From positions 96,938 through 160,937 of the forward strand of contig CBDIPT010000009.1 of the NCBI GenBank assembly GCA_965283725.1: a DNA stretch of 64,000 nucleotides, given 5' to 3'. Made by a program: the position numbers and the translations under genes. Of the stretch, positions 20,060 through 29,764 are shown piece after piece. Within the stretch, counting starts at the first letter, position 1. Every line of letters begins with the position of its first letter. Below the pieces are notes generated by a model. The model saw nothing but the letters and a program-made list of their open reading frames with translations, ran no database searches and was not told the origin of the DNA. The stretch comes from Limisphaerales bacterium. GTDB taxonomy: Bacteria > Verrucomicrobiota > Verrucomicrobiia > Limisphaerales > JAEYXS01.

Positions 20060-21181
20060 TTATTTCACTTTCCCAAACAACGCGCGGAACTTCTTCGCTG
20101 CGTTGGGGAACTCCGTCTTTTCTTTTCCATCCACACCGGGCGACAACTGATGGTGGCCATCGGGGGCCTGCACATCGAAGTAGCAATGGAAGAACACGTT
20201 GTTCTTCGGGTCCGTGATGAAGGCGTGCATCTGCTCCACGAAATACGCGTTATCCAAGCCGCCGTGTTGTTCGGGGAAATCCACGCGATTATTGCAGCCC
20301 CATTCCGGAATCACGAGGGGCTTCTTATGTTCCGCCGCGAACTTGCTCCAGAAGACAAGGCCGTGATCGCCATTATAGATGGCGTCATTCCATACCTTCT
20401 TTTGTCGCGAAAGAATAACCTCCGGGCTGGCGTCCTTGGGCCACGGATAACCGTCTGTGATCCATGACTCGTCATAGACATCAAGCCCGACGTAATCCAC
20501 GTATTCATCCCCCGGCCAGGCTTTCTCGGCGGGAAATTGCTGATAGCCGAGCGTGGGATTCCAGCAAAACTTCAACTTCTCCGTGCCGGGAACCGCGCGC
20601 ATCGTCTTCACGATCTGGCGCCAGTATTCGGCGAAATGCTTTTCCTTGTCCTTCGCGCGCCAGGTGTACCAACCGCCGTTGAATTCCCAGCCGGGCCGGA
20701 GGATGGCATCACCTAGGCCGTTTTTCACCAGGTTCTCGGCCAGCGTCTTGTAGAAATAATTGTATTCGCCATTGGCACCTTTTTCCAAAGAGACGGGCTG
20801 CTTGGCATTCGTGCCTTGCGTGGCACCGCTGCCATCCAGTGGTCCGGGCAGCATATGCACGCCGAAGATGAAGCGGCGGCCGGGCTTTTCCTTCACCCAC
20901 TTGCCCCAATGCTCCAGCCACCAAACCGGCCACGAAACGTTGTCCCATGTTTCTGTGCCGGCAAAGTCCTCACCCCAGACGATGGGCTGGTTCAACCACT
21001 GGGCGAAGGCATTCACATTCGTGGTGCCATTGGGCCAGCGATAGACGGCGATCTGCGGGGTGGTGGCTTTATTCGTTTGGCCCAATCCGTTTTGGGCGGT
21101 GACCAGCCAAGCCAGGCAAACAAACGCCATGAACAGAAATTGCCGGGGATGAGTACGCGTGAACATAAACTCTTTGAGCAT
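20060..21181 (-). CDS. secreted glycoside hydrolase, clan GH-A (GH26-like)
   Basis: Signal/TM 'FLFMAFVCLAWLVTAQ', a candidate acid/base motif 'RPGWEFNGGWYTW' and a candidate nucleophile motif 'LVIPEWG'. The start is uncertain (21181 or 21166). Confidence 0.55.
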   Translation of the reverse strand: MLKEFMFTRTHPRQFLFMAFVCLAWLVTAQNGLGQTNKATTPQIAVYRWPNGTTNVNAFAQWLNQPIVWGEDFAGTETWDNVSWPVWWLEHWGKWVKEKPGRRFIFGVHMLPGPLDGSGATQGTNAKQPVSLEKGANGEYNYFYKTLAENLVKNGLGDAILRPGWEFNGGWYTWRAKDKEKHFAEYWRQIVKTMRAVPGTEKLKFCWNPTLGYQQFPAEKAWPGDEYVDYVGLDVYDESWITDGYPWPKDASPEVILSRQKKVWNDAIYNGDHGLVFWSKFAAEHKKPLVIPEWGCNNRVDFPEQHGGLDNAYFVEQMHAFITDPKNNVFFHCYFDVQAPDGHHQLSPGVDGKEKTEFPNAAKKFRALFGKVK

Positions 21182-21285
21182 GAGGTGAATCGAATCGGGC
21201 TGCAAGATGGGAGAATCAAACGATACTTTTTCATTCCACTTGCCTCCTTTTGGTGGCGCTGCTTTTCTCAACGCGCACTGATATT

Positions 21286-21708
21286 ATGAATTTTGAAAAG
21301 GCTTCCCAACTCATCACGGAGTGTGCCGTCCAGATGACCCGCCTCTACGGCACGGCCGTGTTCAATGAACTGGTGGTGGTCTCGTTCGTCGGCGAGCGGG
21401 AAGAGGTAGTTGGTTACGTGGGGCCACGTCCTGAGCGTGTGCAGAATGATTTTGCACAAGACCTCCACAAGCTTAAGGAAGAACTGTTCAGTGCCAAACA
21501 TGGCATCGGTGAGTTTGAGTTCGCCCGTTCCGCCGCTGGCACCCACTTCGATGCCTTCATTGTGGTGGGAGACTGGCTCTACTTGATCTGCAACAATACG
21601 TCACTGACCATGGAAGAGATCACGAAGAAGCCGGAATGGCGGCAGGCGCAGGTGCCGTTTGTGGAGCTGTGCGAGAAGTTCCGCGCCGATCCGTTACGGC
21701 TGGGGTGA
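21286..21708 (+). CDS. hypothetical protein
   Basis: 140-aa ORF from an internal ATG. I recognised no motif. Confidence 0.5.
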   Translation: MNFEKASQLITECAVQMTRLYGTAVFNELVVVSFVGEREEVVGYVGPRPERVQNDFAQDLHKLKEELFSAKHGIGEFEFARSAAGTHFDAFIVVGDWLYLICNNTSLTMEEITKKPEWRQAQVPFVELCEKFRADPLRLG

Positions 21709-22143
21709 GTTGGGGAATTCCGGCTTGAGCTGAAACGTCTCGCCGGGGGAGTAGATATTCCCGCGCTGATAGATCTGAGTCTCGGTCTTGCGCTGGCAGA
21801 TGCGGCAGTTGAAGAGCTTCTTGCCGTCCCAGTGGATGCTCGTTACCGCGAACAGTTCATGGCAGCCATCGCAGCGTTCCAAAGCGTCTTCCGGGTCGAT
21901 CGGGATGGCGATCCAGTAATCTCCCGTTTCCTTGTTTAAGCGGTGGATCTGGCCGGGGATATCGTCCGCCACATGGTCGAAGATAAAGGCATCATCCTGG
22001 CTTTCCACCAAGGAGATGACGCCCTCATTCAGCGCAATGAAATCCCCGCGAAAATAGCTCTGCACCAATACCCGGATGCCAACGACCGGATCAACCGCTT
22101 TCAGCGGTTGATCCGGATCGGAATTGGTCTCGGGTGCTGACAC
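21694..22143 (-). CDS. hypothetical protein with C-terminal CxxC...CxxC zinc-ribbon-like motif
   Basis: Motif 'CDGCHELFAVTSIHWDGKKLFNCRICQ'. Its 3' end overlaps the 3' end of the convergent gene 21286-21708 by 15 nt. Confidence 0.5.
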   Translation of the reverse strand: MSAPETNSDPDQPLKAVDPVVGIRVLVQSYFRGDFIALNEGVISLVESQDDAFIFDHVADDIPGQIHRLNKETGDYWIAIPIDPEDALERCDGCHELFAVTSIHWDGKKLFNCRICQRKTETQIYQRGNIYSPGETFQLKPEFPNSPQP

Positions 22144-22150
22144 AGGCAGC

Positions 22151-22900
22151 TTACTTGGTGAGTTCGGCCACTTTGCTGGCGATCGCGTCCGCCCAGATCT
22201 GGTAACCTTTGGCAGAGAGATGCAAGAAGTCCGGCATGATCTCCTTCGTCAAGGTGCCGTCGGGTTGGAGGAACTTGTCGCCGATATCGAGGAAGAATAC
22301 ATGCTTGCCGTCATCCAACTTGGCGATGGTGGCATTCACTGCCTTCAGCTTTTCGCGTTGCGGATTCGGTTTTTCACCACGCGGGAAGACGGCGAGCAGG
22401 AGAATCTTCGTATCCGGCGTCTTGGCGCGGATGGTCTCGACGATCTTCGTGATGCCTTTAGCGATGCCTTCGGCGGAGTCGTTGCCGGAATTGTTCGTGC
22501 CGATCATGACCACCGCAGCCTTGGGCTTGATGCCTTCCAGTTCGCCGTTCTCGATGCGCCAGAGCACATGCTGGGTGCGATCACCGCCGATGCCGAAATT
22601 GGCCGGCTTATATTTGCCGAAAGCCGCTTCCCAGATCGCCTTCTGACCGTTCCAACCAGCCGTGATGGAATCACCGAGGAAAAGCAGGCCCACATCACCC
22701 TTTTTGGCGGTGGCCACGAAACTCTCATGGCTCTTTTGGAAACCGGCATTCACTAAGCCGTTCGTGCCCATTTTCGGAGCGGCGACGTCCGGCAATTGCA
22801 CCACCGGTTTGGGAGCCGGGGCGGGGGGAGCCGCGTTTTGAGCGGAGGCATGGATCAAAGTAGCGGACAACAATGCTAAAGCTAGATAACGGGAATTCAT
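22151..22900 (-). CDS. secreted SGNH/GDSL hydrolase
   Basis: Signal peptide from ATG 22900. Block I 'FLGDSITAGW', block III 'GTNN' and block V 'DFLHLSAKG'. Confidence 0.8.
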   Translation of the reverse strand: MNSRYLALALLSATLIHASAQNAAPPAPAPKPVVQLPDVAAPKMGTNGLVNAGFQKSHESFVATAKKGDVGLLFLGDSITAGWNGQKAIWEAAFGKYKPANFGIGGDRTQHVLWRIENGELEGIKPKAAVVMIGTNNSGNDSAEGIAKGITKIVETIRAKTPDTKILLLAVFPRGEKPNPQREKLKAVNATIAKLDDGKHVFFLDIGDKFLQPDGTLTKEIMPDFLHLSAKGYQIWADAIASKVAELTK

Positions 22901-23002
22901 GGCCCCCAAATCTGTTATGCCCAAGCTATTCTGCCAAGCGAATTAAGGAGGCCGGAGTTGACAGAAGTTCGATTTCCCCTGAGGTTCTTTTAAACATTTG
23001 CC

Positions 23003-23846
23003 GTGTCCACGACCCGTCAGAGCCTGTTATTGCTTATTCCGGCCTACAACGAAGAAGGCCGGATCGAGCCCGTTTTGCGGGAATACGGCACGTACTTCGC
23101 GGCCAATTATGCCGGTCGTTTCCAGTTGGTAGTGGTCTTGAATGGCTGTCGCGATAATACGATGGGGGTGGTGAATCGCGTGGCCCAAGATTTCCCCTTC
23201 ATCTCGGCGATCGATTTCCCGGCGCCCATCGGCAAAGGCGGCGCGCTGATCGAGGGGTTGAAGCTGGCCCCGCTGGCCGATCTCGTAGGGTATGTGGATG
23301 CAGATGGGGCGACACCGCCGAAAGCGTTCCATGACCTGGTGAAGCACGTGGGCGAGGCGGATTGTGTCATTGGTTCGCGCTGGATCGAAGGGGCGGTGCT
23401 GCATCAGGCGCAGACCACCAAGCGCCAGTTCGCCAGCCGCTGTTTTCATCTCATCGTCCAGAGTCTATTCTGGATGAACATCCGCGATACGCAATGCGGG
23501 GCCAAAGTGATGAAGCGCGAGGCGGTGGAGAAAATTCATAGCATGTTGCGCATCGCGGATATGGCATTCGACATCAATCTCCTCTTTGCTCTCAAGCGAG
23601 CCGGTTACCGCATCTTGGAAGTGCCCACCGAATGGACTGATCAGATCGGTTCCAAAGTGGTCTTGGGCAAGACTTCGCTGACGATGCTGCTTTCTGCCAT
23701 CCGATTGCGCCTTTTATTCGCCGTTCTATGCGTGGCTGCGGCCTTTGCGTCCGCTGGAGACCTGGGTTTACGTGAAGTTACTGGGCGCGCCACAGCCGTT
23801 GAAGGGGCCGTCACCCAGCAGCAAGCTGGAACTTCAGCCCAAGTAA
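23003..23846 (+). pseudogene. family 2 glycosyltransferase (dolichyl/polyprenyl-phosphate hexosyltransferase-like), probable frameshift near the 3' end
   Basis: 'LLLLIPAYNEEGRI' and 'YVDADGATPP' (DxD). After T-run 23712-23715 the in-frame continuation to 24235 runs antisense through the GT4 gene. The +1 frame instead gives 'YSPFYAWLRPL...' with a stop at 23844-23846. Confidence 0.65.
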
Positions 23847-24949
23847 CGCCGGTAGAGGACTTCCAGCTTATCCAGCATCACCTCGATGCTATGTTCCTTT
23901 TCCACGAAACGCCGGCCATTTTCCACATAAAGCTGGGTCTGGTCTTTTTGCTGGATGGTTTCTTTGATGGCCCGGGCAAGGGCTTCGCCATTGCCAGCGG
24001 GGAAGTTGCGGCCGGTTTCACCTTGGCGGATGATTTCCGGTGTTCCGCCGACATCGCTGCCTACCACGGCGGTTTTGCTCGCCAGTGCTTGCAGACCGAT
24101 CTGTGGCACGCCTTCGTGCTGGGTGGAAGCGATGACCAAGACATCCAGGGCGCGGAGAATATCCGCCACGTCTTCCCGATGTCCGCACAGTTGGATAACG
24201 TCACTCAAACCTGCGTTCTTGATCTTCTCCGTTAGGAACGGCTGTTGTGGCCCATCGCCTACAATGAAATAGCGCGCGGCAAAACCCTCGGCCTGCAAGC
24301 GTTTGATGGCGTCCAGAAAAGTGTCATGCCCTTTCCACGAACGCAGCACGGAGATCATCGCTACGGTCGGCAGGTTCTGCGGATTGCTCTTGGTGATTAG
24401 GGCAGATTTAGGGCCTTGGGGATGAAAACTCTGTACGTCGATGCCTGTGGGCAAAGTCGTGATACGGTCATCCGCGAGTTGAAAATTCGCTTGGAAATGC
24501 GCGGTGATTTTCTGGCTGGTCGTCAGCACATGGTCCGCCAAGGTCGTGAACGCGTGCTTGCTCAACCAACGGTTCGGATAACTGACATCGATATGCCGGC
24601 TGCGGATGAGCAAGGGGACCTTGGCCATCCTGCCCGCGATACCCACCAGCCAGCCGTCCGCAGAGCTATGGGTGTTTAATACATCAATTTTCTCTCGCTT
24701 GAGCCAAGACGCGAGCCGCATGGCCTCCGGTATGAATCGCAATTTGCCAGGGCGGATAGGTTCGACACCGATGCCCGCTTCCTTGGCACGTCCGTAGACA
24801 CGCGCTGATTCCGGAGCCAGCAAGAAAACGGGATGCCCGCGCTTCTGAAAGCCTTTCAGCTCCGCGTAGACGCGATGCTCCTGGCCACCCCAACCGAGGG
24901 ATGCCTCCGAGTGGGCGATGCGCCAGATGCGTTGCGGGCTGTTGCTCAT
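23834..24949 (-). CDS. family 4 (GT-B) glycosyltransferase
   Basis: 'EGVPQIGLQALASKTAVVGSDVGGTPEIIRQGETG' matches the EX7E region. Confidence 0.85.
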   Translation of the reverse strand: MSNSPQRIWRIAHSEASLGWGGQEHRVYAELKGFQKRGHPVFLLAPESARVYGRAKEAGIGVEPIRPGKLRFIPEAMRLASWLKREKIDVLNTHSSADGWLVGIAGRMAKVPLLIRSRHIDVSYPNRWLSKHAFTTLADHVLTTSQKITAHFQANFQLADDRITTLPTGIDVQSFHPQGPKSALITKSNPQNLPTVAMISVLRSWKGHDTFLDAIKRLQAEGFAARYFIVGDGPQQPFLTEKIKNAGLSDVIQLCGHREDVADILRALDVLVIASTQHEGVPQIGLQALASKTAVVGSDVGGTPEIIRQGETGRNFPAGNGEALARAIKETIQQKDQTQLYVENGRRFVEKEHSIEVMLDKLEVLYRRYLG

Positions 24950-24965
24950 CCCAAAAGTTTTTATC

Positions 24966-25081
24966 TGTAGCGCAGACTGTCAGTCTGCTGTGTCGCAGAT
25001 TGGTAATCTGCGAACGACGAAATAATCGAGTGCCTGCCGACTGCCAGTCGGCGACACAGCAGGTTGACAACCTGCGCTACA
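24966..25081. repeat. compound palindromic intercistronic element (four short hairpins nested in a long-range inverted repeat)
   Basis: Hairpins at 24972-24988, 24994-25012, 25036-25052 and 25059-25075. The outer arm tgtagcgcag (24966-24975) pairs with ctgcgctaca (25072-25081), and ctgctgtgtcgc (24985-24996) pairs with gcgacacagcag (25051-25062). Confidence 0.8.
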
Positions 25082-25115
25082 AAAAATGGTTGTAAATCGA
25101 CCATGTCCCTCCGGT

Positions 25116-25882
25116 TTATCGCTGCTTCATGCCACACACGATGATAGTCCGGCCCAGCAACACTGGCACGGTGTTCATCGTATCGACTAGGGGAGCATTA
25201 TGGATATCGATAGTTTTGTACTCGGTCACTTCCTTGTTGCGTGCCAATAGACCGAAGAATTTTATGGGCAGGTAGAAAGTACGAAGGCCGGAATCGAAGA
25301 GCGTTGATACTTGTCCACGCTGAATTTCAATTCATCGAAACCCGCATCCATCATCGTATGGCCGATGTAGAAGCTGGAAACCGGATTGATATGGCCGCCG
25401 GTGGAGTAGAGCTTGCTGTTGCGCACCGGCAGGGGACCGAAAAGGTTCCAGTAACCGCTGGAGAAGAAGCGCAACCGTGACTTGATGTTCAAGATGTTCG
25501 GGGTGCTGAGGATGCATACTCCGCCTGGCTTCAATACGCGATAGAACTCCCGTACGGTCTCACGATAATGCTCCAAGTGCTCGATCACTTCCGTGGCCGT
25601 CACCAGGCCGAAGGACTTGTCCGGATAGGGCAGTCCCTCGTGGTTCAAGTTGGCCACGTCCACCTTTTGCCCCGGCAGTTGCATCAGGGTATCGGTGTAA
25701 TCGCAGGCGGAGGATTGCACGCCGAAGCGCTCTTGCATCAGCTTGATCAATTGACCGCGGCCGGAGCCGACGTCGAGGTGCGTTTTGAATGGACGCTGTG
25801 CGTGGTAACCGGCCACGAGGTCCAAAACCGCTTTATAAATAGGTTCGGTGCTCACAAGTTTGGGGCAAAGCCGCAGAAACAC
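25116..25882 (-). pseudogene. class I SAM-dependent methyltransferase with a 3' frameshift
   Basis: 'HLDVGSGRGQL', 'ATEVIEHLEH' and 'LKPGGVCILSTPN'. ORF 25262-25882 stops prematurely. Adding 1 nt at the A3 run 25276-25278 extends it ('...PAFVLFYLPIKFFGLLARNKEV...GRTIIVCGMKQR') to the TAA at 25116-25118. Confidence 0.7.
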
Positions 25883-25955
25883 GAACTGCGATGCCCCGTT
25901 CTAAGAGGGGTAGCGACTGGCATTCAAGCGCAGACTCTGTCAATCTCACGCAAAC

Positions 25956-26858
25956 ATGAGCGGTCCAAAGGTCAAAAAAGTGCTGGTAACGGGTAGTGAC
26001 GGGTTGCTGGCGCAAGCCATCAAAGCCCAGAATCGGCCTGGATTTGAACTGGTTTTCTGCCCGCGCAGCCAGTTCGACCTGCAATCCGCCAGCCAGATGG
26101 CGTGGCAATTGGACACAATTCAGCCCGCGATCGTCATCAATACCGCCGCCTACAATCTCGTAGATAAATGCGAGATCGAGCGGGATTTGTCTTGGGGGAT
26201 TAACGCTTTGGGGCCGAAAACGCTGGCTGAGCTGTGCGCTCAACGCGGTATCCAGCTCATCCATTACGGCACCGATTACGTTTTTGATGGTTCCAAGCAG
26301 TCACCCTATGTGGAAACGGACGCGCCCAAGATCATCAACCACTACGCTGCCGGGAAGCTGGCCGGGGAAGAGGCCGTTTTGGCCGCCAGTCCTAAACACT
26401 TGGTGCTGCGGACGAGCTGGCTCTTCGGTATCAATCCTATCCGTCCCCAGCGGTCTTACATCCATGCCATCGTGCGGCAGGCCTTGGACGGCAAACCCAT
26501 CCGGGCGACGACGGATCAATTGGCGGTGCCGACGTATGTTGGTGATTTGGCTGGTTGGACGCTGGATCTGGCGGAGCGCCAAACGGCAGGCCTGTATCAC
26601 GCCGTGAATGATGGCGGGCTGAGCCGCTATGATTGGACGAAAGAGATTTTAGCTGCGGCCCAAGCGCAAGCGTTGATTGCTTCTGTGCCTTCGGTTGAGC
26701 CAGTCACCACGGAGTTTTTCAATTCTACCATCCGTCGCTCCACCTATAGCTGGCTGAGCAATGCCAAGCTGACCGGGCTTTTGGGGCGCCCGTTGGGCTC
26801 ATGGCAGGCGGGGATGAAGGCGATGCTCGGGCAAGCCTTATGGCCGGAGATAAAGTAG
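25956..26858 (+). CDS. dTDP-4-dehydrorhamnose reductase family (RmlD-like) NAD(P)-dependent sugar reductase
   Basis: 'VLVTGSDGLLAQ', 'INTAAYNLVDKCE', 'HYGTDYVFDG', catalytic 'YAAGK' and 'RTSWLFG'. Confidence 0.8.
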   Translation: MSGPKVKKVLVTGSDGLLAQAIKAQNRPGFELVFCPRSQFDLQSASQMAWQLDTIQPAIVINTAAYNLVDKCEIERDLSWGINALGPKTLAELCAQRGIQLIHYGTDYVFDGSKQSPYVETDAPKIINHYAAGKLAGEEAVLAASPKHLVLRTSWLFGINPIRPQRSYIHAIVRQALDGKPIRATTDQLAVPTYVGDLAGWTLDLAERQTAGLYHAVNDGGLSRYDWTKEILAAAQAQALIASVPSVEPVTTEFFNSTIRRSTYSWLSNAKLTGLLGRPLGSWQAGMKAMLGQALWPEIK

Positions 26859-27060
26859 ATATGCCATTCGGCCCTCTCCAAACAAAATCCTCGAATCTCC
26901 CGCTCCCTCGCGCATACTTTCGGTGCTTCGATGACAAGATTGGGACATAGCGTTGGTTTGTGCCGTAATGCTCTGGTGGAAATTCCTTCGGTTGAAGGAT
27001 TTTCCTGGAGCTGTTTTATCCTGACGCTGGGAGCCGGTCCGCTTATCGTTTTCCTGCAAC

Positions 27061-28320
27061 ATGATTCACGAACGCAATCAATGCCGGGCTTGTGGTTCCG
27101 CACGGCTCGAACTGATCGTTGACCTGGGCAAGACGGCCTTGGCGAATGATTTTTTGGACGCCGGCGAGGTGTTCAGCTACCGCACTTTTCTGCCCTTGCG
27201 CCTTCGTTTGTGCCGGGACTGTACGCTCGTCCAGCTCGCGGAAGTCGTCGATCCTGGCGTGCTGTATTCCCGTTACGCCTACGTGACCTCCACCTCGCGC
27301 ACGATGGATGAGCATCTCTCCGCTCAAGCCAAGCATGTGCTGGCATCGGCTGGGGTTTCGGGGCGTCCAAAGGTGCTGGAGATCGCGAGCAACACCGGCC
27401 TGTATCTGCAAAAGTTCAAGGCCCTAGGCTGCGATGTCATCGGCGTGGAGCCGGCCCGCAACATCGCGGAACTGGCCGAACAATCCGGCATTCCTACCTG
27501 GACCGATTTCTTCAATGCACCCAATGCCGAGCAAGTACGTCAAGAATGGGGTAGTCCGGATATCATCTTGGGTCGGCATGTGTTCGCCCATATCGATAAC
27601 TTGCAAGATCTGGTGAAGGGCCTGGAAACGCTGGCGCACGAGCGCACATTGGTCGGCTTTGAAGTGCCTTATCTCGTCGATTTCTTCGAGAAGACGGAAT
27701 ATGACACGGTCTATCACGAGCATCTTTCCTACGTTTCCGTGACATCGGTAGAAGCGTTGCTGAAAGGCACTCCGTTCCAATTGGAACGCGTGGAATACTA
27801 TCCGATCCATGGCGGATCCATTCTGTTCCAGTTCCGTCGTAAATCTGCCGGGGTGCCAGTGCACGAAAGTGTGGCGGCCTATCTGAAGAAGGAAGCGGAT
27901 TTGAAGCTCAGTGAACCGGCTACATGGGAGCCGTTTGTGCAGCGCGTGCAATCCATCCGGGAAGAATTGCCCAAGCTCGTGCGCAAGCTGCGCGCGGAAG
28001 GCAAACGGGTCATCGGCTACGGAGCATCCGCCAAGGGCAACACGCTCCTGAATACCTGTGGTTTCACGGATAAAGACCTCGACTACATCATCGACAACAC
28101 GCCGTTCAAACAGGGCAAGGTGGCCCCGGGTTCGTGGATTCCGGTGAAGCCACCGGAGACGTTGTTGAAGGATCAACCGGACTATGCACTCTTGCTGGCC
28201 TGGAATTTCGCCCCAGAGATCGTCCGGCGTGAGGTAGAATATCAGCAGCGTGGTGGTCGCTTCTTGGTGCCGATTCCGGCCCCCAAAATCATCGAGTTTA
28301 ACGGCCAGCCGGCCTTGTAA
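27061..28320 (+). CDS. NDP-hexose C-methyltransferase family protein
   Basis: N-terminal Cys pairs 'CRACGS...CRDC', a central SAM-methyltransferase fold ('VLEIASNTG') and a C-terminal domain ('GYGASAKGNTLLN') typical of sugar C-methyltransferases (TylC3-like). Confidence 0.7.
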   Translation: MIHERNQCRACGSARLELIVDLGKTALANDFLDAGEVFSYRTFLPLRLRLCRDCTLVQLAEVVDPGVLYSRYAYVTSTSRTMDEHLSAQAKHVLASAGVSGRPKVLEIASNTGLYLQKFKALGCDVIGVEPARNIAELAEQSGIPTWTDFFNAPNAEQVRQEWGSPDIILGRHVFAHIDNLQDLVKGLETLAHERTLVGFEVPYLVDFFEKTEYDTVYHEHLSYVSVTSVEALLKGTPFQLERVEYYPIHGGSILFQFRRKSAGVPVHESVAAYLKKEADLKLSEPATWEPFVQRVQSIREELPKLVRKLRAEGKRVIGYGASAKGNTLLNTCGFTDKDLDYIIDNTPFKQGKVAPGSWIPVKPPETLLKDQPDYALLLAWNFAPEIVRREVEYQQRGGRFLVPIPAPKIIEFNGQPAL

Positions 28321-28327
28321 GTTTATT

Positions 28328-28957
28328 ATGAATTACGATTTCAGCGTGAGTTTCTGGCGCAAGCGCGCGGTCAAAGCGGCCTTGGACCGGCGTGATGACA
28401 AGCATACCTGGGGCGGCTTTAGTTTCCGCAAATTTCCCTCGGACGGAGTTGCGATGCAGGAACTGCTCTGCCGTGTCCGCCCGCAGGTGCTGGTCGAACT
28501 GGGCACCCAGTATGGCGGCAGCACTCTGTTCTTTTCCTCCGTGGCGCCTCTGGCCGGCATTGAAGCCATTGTCACCGTGGATATTGATGCCTTAGAGCAT
28601 CCATCTATTCCGATGGCCACTTTCCTGACGGGCGATGACAGTTCCTCCGAGATTTTCTCGCAAGTCAGAGCTTTGGTGGGCAATCGTACGTGCTCCGTGG
28701 TCATCGATTCCAATCATCACGCCGAGCATGTGGACAAGGAGTTGGAACTGTACGGCCCGTTGGTATCTCCCGGTCAGGCGCTCATCATGGAAGACACCCA
28801 TGTCGACGTGCTTGGTTTCAAAAAATTCCGCGAGCATGGCGGCCCCTTGCGCTCCATTCAGAAATACATGCCCAAACATCCCGAGTTTGTGCTTACCACG
28901 GATATCGAGCCTTATATCACTTCGAATTTTTTCGGTTACTGGGTGAAAAAGGCATGA
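28328..28957 (+). CDS. CmcI (cephalosporin hydroxylase)-family methyltransferase
   Basis: Internal ATG at 28328. The layout 'WGGFSFRKFPSDGVAMQELL...RPQVLVELGTQYGGSTLFF...VIDSNH' matches the CmcI fold. Confidence 0.65.
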   Translation: MNYDFSVSFWRKRAVKAALDRRDDKHTWGGFSFRKFPSDGVAMQELLCRVRPQVLVELGTQYGGSTLFFSSVAPLAGIEAIVTVDIDALEHPSIPMATFLTGDDSSSEIFSQVRALVGNRTCSVVIDSNHHAEHVDKELELYGPLVSPGQALIMEDTHVDVLGFKKFREHGGPLRSIQKYMPKHPEFVLTTDIEPYITSNFFGYWVKKA

Positions 28958-28980
28958 TGCCTTTTCGTTTTGCGTGAGAC

Positions 28981-29743
28981 ATGAAGTACAGTCTTATAGT
29001 TCCATACTTTAAGACGCCGGAGATCACCCGGTTCTGTCTGTATTCCATCTTCAAGTTCGCCCGGGGCAACCCGGAAGTAATCGTCGTGGACAATGCTCCC
29101 GGCGGTGAGGAGTCGAAGATGCTGGCGGAATTTCCCGACATCCGTCTGGTGAACAACCCCACGCAACAACTGGGGTCATACGGTAATTTCGAAGCTATCG
29201 AGATTGGATTGAAAACAGCGACCAACGATCTGGTGGGCCTGATCCATAGCGATAGCATTTTTCTGAGCGAAGGTTGGGATAAACGCTGGTTCGGCCGGTT
29301 GGTGAACCAGGATACTGGGAGCGATCAGCACGTTCGAGCGTGAAGCCAATCCCTTTCGTCCTTTCAGGAAAAAAGTGAGCGATTATTTCCAGCATTTGCG
29401 CCATCAGTCGCGTCCCCCGACGGACGCTACGGAAAAGCTGATGTATCACTTTTTCCTTACGCGCAAATCTGTAATAGCGGAGATCGGCTTTGATTTCATG
29501 AAGGAGCGGCATTTGCTGGCCAAACACTTCGTGGGGCGCCGCAATGGGGTGGAGGTGCTCAGCCTCGTCCAGATGAGCCGTTTCATGTGGCACACCAGCA
29601 ACATCACGAGCGTTCTGACTGGCCAGATGAATGATCCGGAAACGCTGAAGAATTATCAGGAAAAGCGCCGCCGTTTCATGGAGAACCCCTATATACAGAA
29701 GCATTTCCAACCAGTTTTGTCGGAAGAGTTTCGGAATACGTAG
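28981..29743 (+). pseudogene. GT-A (GT2-like) protein, paralog of 30754-31515, with one frameshift
   Basis: ORFs 28981-29343 and 29375-29743 align end to end with the 253-aa paralog. Removing one G at 29310-29311 restores 'WFGRLVNQILGAISTFEREANPFRPF...'. Confidence 0.75.
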
Positions 29744-29764
29744 GCTTGGCGGTTCGGCTGCCGA

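Noticed and set aside
23850-24235. C-terminal 130 residues of the 410-aa GT2 ORF.
   Set aside because: This part runs antisense through the well-supported GT4 gene and has shadow-ORF composition. A frame change at T-run 23712-23715 gives a stop at 23846 instead.
24901-25095. 64-aa ORF ('...ADCQSATQQVDNLRYKKWL'), and the ORFs 47786-48052, 47830-48045 and 50472-50744.
   Set aside because: They are translations of palindromic or GC-rich intergenic repeats, not genes.
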